A DNA stretch of 26,577 nucleotides, from IMG/VR virus record IMGVR_UViG_3300002092_000166, positions 1 to 26,577 of that record; one strand, 5' to 3'. The position numbers and the translations under genes are program-made. Numbering within the stretch: the stretch's first letter is position 1; every line of letters starts with the position of its first letter. A model generated the notes under the pieces. That model was not told the origin of the DNA, ran no database searches, and was given only the letters and a program-made list of their open reading frames with translations. This DNA comes from a virus. Its lineage: Duplodnaviria; Caudoviricetes. This document shows positions 8,784 to 15,520 of this stretch, one piece after another.

Positions 8784-9981
8784 TTTCCTTTAGTATTAGT
8801 TTAAATTCTTGGTCCGTTATAATTCCTTTCTCAAATAATCCAGCATATAAGTCAACTAATGATTGTTGGGTTTCAAGTTTCGTACTTTCATTATCGCTAA
8901 ATACTGGTAAATGAGAAAAATCAAGGACAATTTTATTCTCCCAATTAAAGTATGTTTGCATCTTTTCACAAAAAGAATCCGCTAACGGTTGGATGGTGTT
9001 TTGAATAACTTCAATCATTGCCATTTGTCTATTAGCAAATTTTGCAGTCTCTTTGTCTAAGTTTTGAAACTCTTTTGGTACGTTGTATTTGTTTAGTATT
9101 TGGCGAGCATATCCAATCATTTTTTCGTCAAACTTGATATTTTCAAGTCCAGCGGAAAGCGGTTGTGATTTTAACGGTAAAGTCGAAAACATTATACCTT
9201 TAGATTGCGTACCTAATCCTGTATCTCTTAACTGGTCTTCTAATTTTTCTTTATGAGTAGTCGTTATAGGTGTGCCGTCCTCATCAAATAGTCCGGTTCC
9301 TACAGATGAATCAAAACCCATATCTTCGGTTTTTGCATCTAACGATACTAAAATAGAACCCGAACGTTTGATTAAGTTTTCATCTCCTTGAAGCGATAAA
9401 GAATAGTTTTGAATTTGTTGGCGTAAAGCAAGAAGTCTTGAAATTCCAATATGAGGTTTTTCTGGATTTTGACGTACATCGAAAAAAGGAATAACATTAC
9501 TATATTTTACAGCATTAAAATTGTAGGGTTTATAATTAAATGAAATCTCTTTTTTAGCCTGGAAGAAGTTCCATAAAGAATATTGACTTCCCCATTCAAC
9601 ATGATCAGGGTCGCAATTAAATAACTGTGTTTTTGTACTACCCTCTAGGTTTTTTTCAAATCCAAATGCGGAGCTTTGAGGAACTACGTAATTCCATCCA
9701 TGAGAGTAGAGATAATACAACCATTCTTTGATAAATTCCTGAAAGTTTTGATTATCATTAGGATTTTTTAAAAGGGCTATAAGAGCATCTTTATCAGATA
9801 CATCCTTTTTATCTTTATCTAATGATTTTAAATTACCGCTTGAAAGAATTTCTGCGAAAAATGTAATTGTAGAATCTATCGGGTCGACAGATTGCGCTAA
9901 ACATGTGTAAAAGTTTTGGTCTATATTTTCCCAAGCCGTTGAAAATATAGCTTTGAATAACATCGAGGTAGCGTCACCCAT
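8767..9981 (-). CDS. Portal protein (frame extends upstream; true start may be ATA at 10053)
   Basis: 404 aa from the first ATG. LLKNPNDNQNFQEF, GISRL, YNVP and NTIQPLA motifs typical of HK97-like portals; upstream of protease and capsid. Confidence 0.9.
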   Translation of the reverse strand: MGDATSMLFKAIFSTAWENIDQNFYTCLAQSVDPIDSTITFFAEILSSGNLKSLDKDKKDVSDKDALIALLKNPNDNQNFQEFIKEWLYYLYSHGWNYVVPQSSAFGFEKNLEGSTKTQLFNCDPDHVEWGSQYSLWNFFQAKKEISFNYKPYNFNAVKYSNVIPFFDVRQNPEKPHIGISRLLALRQQIQNYSLSLQGDENLIKRSGSILVSLDAKTEDMGFDSSVGTGLFDEDGTPITTTHKEKLEDQLRDTGLGTQSKGIMFSTLPLKSQPLSAGLENIKFDEKMIGYARQILNKYNVPKEFQNLDKETAKFANRQMAMIEVIQNTIQPLADSFCEKMQTYFNWENKIVLDFSHLPVFSDNESTKLETQQSLVDLYAGLFEKGIITDQEFKLILKENGITK

Positions 9982-10096
9982 TGGAGCTAAGCCGTTTACC
10001 TGATTTGATGAACGAGGTATATTTCTATTGAATAAGCTTTGAAAAAATCCTATTTCATAATTTTACGTCATCGTATTTAGTGGTTGTTGTAAAAAA

Positions 10097-10104
10097 CAAA
10101 TGTA
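10097..10104 (-). promoter_or_regulatory. Bacteroidota-type -7 promoter element (TACATTTG) for the head/tail operon
   Basis: Matches TAnnTTTG; lies after a terminator and ~45 nt before the portal N-terminus. No canonical -33 TTTG. Confidence 0.7.
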
Positions 10105-10153
10105 ATAAATTTTATTATTATTTAGTTTAAATAAAAATAAATAATTTAGGCAT

Positions 10154-10181
10154 AAAAAAACCACTCGATTAAAAGTGGTTT
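10154..10181 (-). terminator. Intrinsic terminator
   Basis: Minus strand AAACCACT-TTTAATCG-AGTGG-TTTTTTT. Confidence 0.8.
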
Positions 10182-10260
10182 AGTTTAGAAATAAAAGTAA
10201 ACACTTAGCCAGTGACAGAACTTAATCGTATCTAGTTGCTGTTTACTTATTTGTTTTCAT
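10154..10260 (-). ncRNA. Candidate small RNA (~105 nt) between its own -7 element and terminator
   Basis: TATATTTG upstream and terminator downstream. The only ORF is MKTNK*. Perfect 9-bp stem AAGTAAACA/TGTTTACTT encloses a segment similar to the portal leader. Confidence 0.4.
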
Positions 10261-10264
10261 AGTT

Positions 10265-10272
10265 CAAATATA
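10265..10272 (-). promoter_or_regulatory. Bacteroidota-type -7 element (TATATTTG)
   Basis: TAnnTTTG directly after the U tract of the terminator at 10274-10303. Confidence 0.5.
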
Positions 10273-10273
10273 T

Positions 10274-10303
10274 AAAAAAACCCGTTACCATAAATAACGG
10301 GTT
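10274..10303 (-). terminator. Intrinsic terminator ending the terminase/accessory transcript
   Basis: Minus strand AACCCGTTA-TTTATGG-TAACGGG-TTTTTTT. Confidence 0.85.
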
Positions 10304-10348
10304 AAAAGAAATCAATTAGTTTAAAGTGTTTCTTTTTTAAAAATCAAC

Positions 10349-10690
10349 TTATAAGTTTTCTACAATGTTCCAATCTTCTGCTAACATATCGGTTTGCGAG
10401 GCTAACCATCCGTTTACAATTGAGCCATCGGCTGCCTTCATGCATAAATATGCCGTGAATGTTATTCCGTATGCCTCACCTGTAGGATTTTTGTTTTCTG
10501 CAAAATAATCTTTTACTTTTTGTGGTAAAGACTTTACATTTGGAAGTATTTCACTACTTAAAACATCGGCTGGTCTTTGAAATACAAACATACCTTTTCC
10601 GTTCCATCCAGCACGAGCTATCATTTTACCTTCTTTTAAAGCTTCAACAGCTTGCCCAAAGGTTAGGGCTGTTTCAATTGGTGTTAACAT
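10349..10690 (-). CDS. tad2: DUF2829 family protein; Tad2 / AcrIIA7-like anti-defence signal sponge
   Basis: [31 protein letters not shown] insertion, [30 protein letters not shown]. These are hallmark DUF2829 motifs, closely resembling AcrIIA7 as I recall it. Confidence 0.85.
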   Translation of the reverse strand: MLTPIETALTFGQAVEALKEGKMIARAGWNGKGMFVFQRPADVLSSEILPNVKSLPQKVKDYFAENKNPTGEAYGITFTAYLCMKAADGSIVNGWLASQTDMLAEDWNIVENL

Positions 10691-10714
10691 GATTATTAAA
10701 TTTAAAGATTAATT

Positions 10715-10993
10715 TTATTCTAATTTCCAGCCCTGAAAACTCAATCCAAAACGAGTAATTCCATTTCGATCCTGGTACTCATTACCTCGAACATTAACAC
10801 TGACTTTTACTTGTTGGCCAACTTGAATGTTATTCAAAAAATCGCATTTGTCTTTAATAAATTCGATAGGTAGTTTTTGGGGATATTGAGTATCCGTTTG
10901 AACTACTAAAATTTGCTTTTGCATTCCATTTGTACCGATCAATTCTATTTCACTTTTGAAATATACTTTTCCAATAATTTCTCCTTTTTCCAT
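10715..10993 (-). CDS. DUF3127 family protein (putative OB-fold ssDNA-binding protein)
   Basis: TDTQYPQKLPIEF..DKC...GQQVKVSVNVRG.EY...FQGWKLE pattern. Confidence 0.8.
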   Translation of the reverse strand: MEKGEIIGKVYFKSEIELIGTNGMQKQILVVQTDTQYPQKLPIEFIKDKCDFLNNIQVGQQVKVSVNVRGNEYQDRNGITRFGLSFQGWKLE

Positions 10994-11025
10994 TTTTACT
11001 TTTATTTATGATATTTAGATTTAAT

Positions 11026-11136
11026 TTAGATTTGATAAGGACCATACACATAGTTATTCCAATAAATTGGTAACCCTATGATATTAACCCCGATTTGGTA
11101 GGTTATAATTGCAATATACTTTTTAAGTGTTTTCAT
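11026..11136 (-). CDS. Small hypothetical peptide (36 aa)
   Basis: MKTLKKYIAIITYQIGVNIIGLPIYWNNYVYGPYQI*. ATG 4 nt after the exonuclease stop; fills the intergenic gap. Confidence 0.55.
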   Translation of the reverse strand: MKTLKKYIAIITYQIGVNIIGLPIYWNNYVYGPYQI

Positions 11137-11140
11137 AGGT

Positions 11141-11689
11141 TTAATTTATTAAATGCTTGTATAATTCAATTGTTGCCATAACATCACCTTTGGCTGTATG
11201 CTGGTCTACTATTTTAATTCCAAAGTGAGCACACAATGATTCTAGTTTGTACGATGGAAGATTTAATTTTTGCTTAGCGATTTTCATTGTATCTTCAAGA
11301 TTTACACTAAAAAAACTTTTAGACCCAAATCTTTCCGACAAATAATTTACCCTTGGAATATCAAAAGCATTTGAGTTATGTCCTATGATAGTTTTAATAC
11401 CATGCTTACGAATAAATCTTTCAAATTCATTTATTACTTCTTCAATATCTAAACCTTCAGCTATTAACTTTTCAACTGTCAATCCGTTTATAGCCATTGC
11501 ATCATCTTTGTAACTTACTAACTCATCAGAAGGATTTCCTGCTTCATCAAGTCTTGTGTATGGTTTAATCAAACTATGAAATGTATCTACCACTTTAAAT
11601 TGTTCATCAACAACTATTAATGCTATTTCACATACTCCATTTTTGGTAATGGAAAAACCGCCTGTTTCAATATCTAAAAATGCTTTCAT
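11141..11689 (-). CDS. DEDDh 3'-5' exonuclease (DnaQ/epsilon-like)
   Basis: ExoI FLDIETGG, ExoII GHNSNAFD, ExoIII HTAKGD. Confidence 0.9.
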   Translation of the reverse strand: MKAFLDIETGGFSITKNGVCEIALIVVDEQFKVVDTFHSLIKPYTRLDEAGNPSDELVSYKDDAMAINGLTVEKLIAEGLDIEEVINEFERFIRKHGIKTIIGHNSNAFDIPRVNYLSERFGSKSFFSVNLEDTMKIAKQKLNLPSYKLESLCAHFGIKIVDQHTAKGDVMATIELYKHLIN

Positions 11690-11707
11690 TATTCTTTAAT
11701 TTTATAG

Positions 11708-11923
11708 TTAGTTAGTTTTTGTAATTCTCTGATTTTGTTGTAAAGTTTCTATTATTGTTTTAAGCATTGATTTACCAACATGTTTTAAGTTTTGCTCTAC
11801 TATTATTCCATGTTGAAATTCTCTTATTTTATCGTTTAAAAACTCATTGTTACCGCCTTTTAAGTATAATCTAAACCGCCACTTTAAAAGAATTGCTAAG
11901 CTTGTTTGTTTGGTTTTTATCAT
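11708..11923 (-). CDS. Hypothetical protein (71 aa)
   Basis: ATGA-coupled to the upstream micro-ORF. Confidence 0.6.
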   Translation of the reverse strand: MIKTKQTSLAILLKWRFRLYLKGGNNEFLNDKIREFQHGIIVEQNLKHVGKSMLKTIIETLQQNQRITKTN

Positions 11924-12069
11924 TGTGTTTTATATTTTATTTTCCATACACCTACATCACAATATTTATTAACGGTATCTAATTTATCAATCCAATACTG
12001 ATATGTTTCTATTAAAGAAAATTGACTAATTAAAATGTATTTTGGCTTTTTAGATATTTTTATTATCAT
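11920..12069 (-). CDS. Small hypothetical protein (49 aa)
   Basis: MIIKISKKPKYILISQFSLIETYQYWIDKLDTVNKYCDVGVWKIKYKTQ*. TAATG overlap upstream and ATGA overlap downstream. Confidence 0.65.
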   Translation of the reverse strand: MIIKISKKPKYILISQFSLIETYQYWIDKLDTVNKYCDVGVWKIKYKTQ

Positions 12070-12203
12070 TACTTCTCTAATTTAAATTGACTAAATCCTT
12101 TCTTTTTAGGCTTAATTTTCCATTCTGCAACTGTCATTACCATTTTGTAAAATTTACCGTCCTTTGAAGCGATAATTTCGATTATGGTATTTGCTGAAAG
12201 CAT
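12069..12203 (-). CDS. Small hypothetical protein (44 aa)
   Basis: MLSANTIIEIIASKDGKFYKMVMTVAEWKIKPKKKGFSQFKLEK*. Coupled at both ends. Confidence 0.65.
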   Translation of the reverse strand: MLSANTIIEIIASKDGKFYKMVMTVAEWKIKPKKKGFSQFKLEK

Positions 12204-12316
12204 TTATTTAATAAAAACAGTTTTAGTACAATCTATCCAAACTGGAGGTTGTGTTTTTCCAGAATGAACTCCAAAGCCAATTCTTTAATATCTTGTGGTA
12301 GTTCGCTAATTTTCAT
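12204..12316 (-). pseudogene. Probable chimeric deletion remnant (start of one gene joined out of frame to the end of another)
   Basis: Frame A, MKISELPQDIKELALEFILEKHNLQFG* (12316-12233), is ATGA-coupled upstream. Frame B, ...GVHSGKTQPPVWIDCTKTVFIK*, ends in TAA abutting the next ATG. Confidence 0.5.
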
Positions 12317-12594
12317 TTATTTTTATCTTTAAATTGTACTGTACTATTTCTCTCATACCCAAACAAAGCATCCTGTGCCTTTCTTTTGTGGTTTATAGTT
12401 TGAACATTATCTTTATCAAAACTGTTCCAATTATTGCAACTACGACACTTTACATCTTTTGAATTATCAATGATTGAAACCTCGATAATCGATAATGATT
12501 TCATGTTGTCAAATATTACTTTACCATTTGAGAGTTTCGCAATTTCCGAGCTGCAGCATTTGCAAATGATTTTTTTAGGTTGGTTGTTATCCAT
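12313..12594 (-). CDS. Zinc-ribbon protein, Mu Com-like pattern
   Basis: IICKCCSSEIAK...DVKCRSCNNWN: two CxxC knuckles; overlaps the terL stop. Confidence 0.6.
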   Translation of the reverse strand: MDNNQPKKIICKCCSSEIAKLSNGKVIFDNMKSLSIIEVSIIDNSKDVKCRSCNNWNSFDKDNVQTINHKRKAQDALFGYERNSTVQFKDKNK

Positions 12595-14065
12595 AAATAT
12601 TGATTAGGTTTAGTTTAATTGCTATTTCAGCCAATGATGTTAATGCATCTTGAATGTCTTTAAAATCATTACCTCCTTCTCTATTGTAATATTCCATACT
12701 TTTTATAGCATTTTCATATTCTATATGGGGAGATACTTTATAAAATCTAAAATATTTTGATATGATAAAGGATTTATCAAATATTCGTTCATCTTTACTT
12801 CCTTTTGAATTAAATGTTTGAACTAAAGGATATTTATCTTTAACTGATTTTGCATAAGTATTTCCAAGACCATTTTTCTCAAACCAAAATATATTCGGTC
12901 TATGTTCTTTTGCTAATTCAATATTTCTTGTAATAGTTCCCTTTTTGATAATTTTACCTTCTATATCCTTAATATCATCACTTCCATCTTGAGTATATAA
13001 AATATCATAAACCCAAACCCTATTACTATGAATAGTTGCGAAAACAGATGCCATATAACACTTTCCATCATCTGCAGGATCTCCAGTTGCTATTTTTATT
13101 CCTTTAGATGTATCTATTATATCTACTTTTTCAAGTGAGTACATTAACCCTTCTAAAGGTTTTGGTTCTTGTTGGTATTGGTTATTAAAAACTCTTTCGT
13201 TACGCTCTTTTATTTGTAGTAATTCATCTACAGTGTGGAATTTATCACATAAGGCTGTACCGTCATTTTTTAAGGCTTTTAAATTTAAATGATGCCATTC
13301 ATTGGACTGATCTAATAGAAAACCACTTAAGTCTTTGGGAGCAGTTCTTTGTTGTATAATGATAATTGGTGTAAAACGAGAATTAACACGATTTTTTATT
13401 GTACTATCGAACCTTTCATTTATTCTCGTTAAAATAGCAGTAGAAAAATAGTCTTCCGGCTTATTTGGATCGTCAATAATAATAGCTCCTCCAAAATCAC
13501 TGCTATCTTGTGGATATTCTTCTAAAAAATATTTAATATCACTATCTTCAATATCTTCTATTTCATATTCTTCTATTGATTTTCCTGCACCAAATCCCGT
13601 CACTTGTCCTCCAGCAGAAGTAGCATAAACTCCACCTCCTTGTTCGGTATACCATTTTTTTTTACTCTTACTATCTTTTTTTAAATTTAAAGGGAATATT
13701 TTTTGGTAACAATCTGAATATATAATGTCTTTTATTGTTTCTGAATTATCTAAGGCTAAATCATCGGAATAAGATAAGTGAATGAATTTTGATTTTGGAT
13801 TCATCGCTAAACAATAGGAAATAAACATTTTTACTGCTATTTCTGTTTTACGATAACGAGGGGGAATATTTATAATTAAACGGGTAATTTCACCTGATAA
13901 AACCTTTTCAAGAACCTTTACGATTTCTAATTGAAAATCATATAAATTAGGTTTGTATCCGTAAAATTCTTTTTGAATATATTTTATATAATACTCAAAG
14001 CTACTCTTACATAATTGAGCGTCTACATCTTCGATTGTTAAATTATTTAGATTTATTTCCGTCAT
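12587..14065 (-). CDS. terL: Terminase large subunit
   Basis: Walker A RLIINIPPRYRKTE, GGQVTGFGAG, Walker B IIIDDP, coupling motif IIIIQQR, QYQQEP linker, nuclease acidic residues (GDPADDG, FEKNG, DIQDALT). Confidence 0.92.
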   Translation of the reverse strand: MTEINLNNLTIEDVDAQLCKSSFEYYIKYIQKEFYGYKPNLYDFQLEIVKVLEKVLSGEITRLIINIPPRYRKTEIAVKMFISYCLAMNPKSKFIHLSYSDDLALDNSETIKDIIYSDCYQKIFPLNLKKDSKSKKKWYTEQGGGVYATSAGGQVTGFGAGKSIEEYEIEDIEDSDIKYFLEEYPQDSSDFGGAIIIDDPNKPEDYFSTAILTRINERFDSTIKNRVNSRFTPIIIIQQRTAPKDLSGFLLDQSNEWHHLNLKALKNDGTALCDKFHTVDELLQIKERNERVFNNQYQQEPKPLEGLMYSLEKVDIIDTSKGIKIATGDPADDGKCYMASVFATIHSNRVWVYDILYTQDGSDDIKDIEGKIIKKGTITRNIELAKEHRPNIFWFEKNGLGNTYAKSVKDKYPLVQTFNSKGSKDERIFDKSFIISKYFRFYKVSPHIEYENAIKSMEYYNREGGNDFKDIQDALTSLAEIAIKLNLINIYG

Positions 14066-14525
14066 CAGTGAAAGAATTACGCAATTCTAGAAGTGTTGCT
14101 ATTGATAATTTTGACAAATCAGGTTTTAGTACCCTTATATTTTCGTCTGGGATTTTAGATTCAACTGGTTTAACCTCTATATACTTTGGCAGTACAATGC
14201 CTTCTAGCTTAATAATTTCTTTTTCAACCATCATTATAGCTCTAATACCAGTAGGAGAACCTTTATGTTGTTGTCCAAGTGAACGCTTCAGTTGTTTCAA
14301 TTCAGCAATCTTTAAATCACGCTTCATCGATATACTCACACCTTCAATTTGGGACCAGCTAGCGTATGCCTCTTTTACATATCTTTCTGCTTGTCTCAAA
14401 TCAATAGGCCATAATTGCAAAATTTGTTTGATTATTAACCTATCAGGAAATCCCTCTAATATCCATCCCTGTATCGTAAACAATCTGTTGTTTTTCTCTA
14501 TCGCTGTTGCTCTTTGCTTTGCCAT
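14043..14525 (-). CDS. terS: Putative terminase small subunit
   Basis: 160 aa with an HTH-like N-terminus (RQAERYVKEA), helical core and DLSKLS...L tail; overlaps the terL start. Confidence 0.6.
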   Translation of the reverse strand: MAKQRATAIEKNNRLFTIQGWILEGFPDRLIIKQILQLWPIDLRQAERYVKEAYASWSQIEGVSISMKRDLKIAELKQLKRSLGQQHKGSPTGIRAIMMVEKEIIKLEGIVLPKYIEVKPVESKIPDENIRVLKPDLSKLSIATLLELRNSFTDDGNKSK

Positions 14526-14758
14526 TACTCATTGGGATACATCCTTTTTATGACTTCAATATGTCGTTTCAGTTCATAGATTCTATCACGTAATTTGATT
14601 GCTTCACGCTCCCGCATAACTCTAATTTCGGAATCATTTTCCGCAATTGGTTTAGGTTCATATGCTACCAAAGCATCTTCATTTATGCTTTTTTCTTTCT
14701 CTAAATACTCAATGATTGTATCTCGCATCTCTATTAGTATTTTATAGTTTGGATTCAT
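14525..14758 (-). CDS. Hypothetical coiled-coil protein (77 aa)
   Basis: TAATG-coupled to the terS candidate. Confidence 0.7.
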   Translation of the reverse strand: MNPNYKILIEMRDTIIEYLEKEKSINEDALVAYEPKPIAENDSEIRVMREREAIKLRDRIYELKRHIEVIKRMYPNE

Positions 14759-14963
14759 TTTGGAAGTCGTTTAATGTTAGATTACCGTCATGCTCCCAAA
14801 CCTTAAAAGCATCTATAAACTGATACTTTAGGATTGATTCAATCAATTTAGTGTCGCCATCATTAATCCACTCTTTAAAATCATCCTGCTGGATAAATTC
14901 TAAATCACGCCATTTTATTAACTCTGTTTTAATAATTCGGGAATTGATTGTAGTTGTAGTCAT
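14742..14963 (-). pseudogene. Internally deleted ParB-like (probably ParB-methyltransferase) gene remnant, 73 aa
   Basis: ATG at 14963 after the promoter. SRIIKTELIKWRDLEFIQ...KLIESILKYQFIDAFKVW resembles a ParB/Srx N-terminus but ends just before the expected LDGxHR motif. Confidence 0.5.
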
Positions 14964-14987
14964 TTGCTTTTTCGTCTTTATTTGACA

Positions 14988-14995
14988 CAAATGTA
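14988..14995 (-). promoter_or_regulatory. Bacteroidota-type -7 element (TACATTTG) for the packaging operon
   Basis: TAnnTTTG; shares a 13-bp identity with the portal promoter; follows a terminator. Confidence 0.7.
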
Positions 14996-15022
14996 ATAAT
15001 AATTTATATTACTAATTGAAAT

Positions 15023-15054
15023 AAAAAAAAGCTACTCATTTCTGAATAGCTTTT
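15023..15054 (-). terminator. Intrinsic terminator
   Basis: Minus strand AAAAGCTATTCA-GAAA-TGAGTAGC-TTTTTTTT. Confidence 0.85.
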
Positions 15055-15085
15055 AATATATTGAATTAACTTCTAGCAATCGTTT

Positions 15086-15520
15086 CTAAGAAACTACTTT
15101 AGTTTTTTTGTTTCTAGTAATTAATCCAGTTTTAAATCCGTGTGAGATATTTTCTTTAGGAGTTACCCACTCTAAATTTTCAACTCGATTGTCTGACTTG
15201 TTGCCGTTGATATGATTTACTTGAGGTTTATTATCTATGTTAGGAATGAAAGCGATAGCTACTAATCTGTGCGCTGTTTTTATAGAATTACTACCGTTTT
15301 TAGATAGGTTAAATATTCTGTAGCCTCCATTGTCAATACCTCCAATTAGAATTTTATCTTTTTTTATAGTTCCATTTCTAGGTAATGATTTTACATTTCC
15401 TAAATTAGAAACTTCATAAAATCCCTCAAAACCTTTTATAGGTTTCCAGATTTCATTTTCTAAATTTAGAGCTGATAGTGCTTTCATGATTCTTTCTCCT
15501 TTTTTATTTGATATACTCAT
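15086..15520 (-). CDS. NUMOD4-HNH homing endonuclease
   Basis: EIWKPIKGFEGFYEVSNLGNVKS (NUMOD4); HRLVAIAFI...VNHINGNKSDNRVENLEWVT..EN..H (HNH). Confidence 0.9.
   Translation of the reverse strand: MSISNKKGERIMKALSALNLENEIWKPIKGFEGFYEVSNLGNVKSLPRNGTIKKDKILIGGIDNGGYRIFNLSKNGSNSIKTAHRLVAIAFIPNIDNKPQVNHINGNKSDNRVENLEWVTPKENISHGFKTGLITRNKKTKVVS

Noticed and set aside
10182-10260. Candidate sRNA as a solitary CRISPR repeat (RNA anti-CRISPR) or a tRNA
   Set aside because: No recognisable GTTG...CAAC-type repeat ends, no cloverleaf or T-loop, and no repeat-spacer array anywhere in the window.
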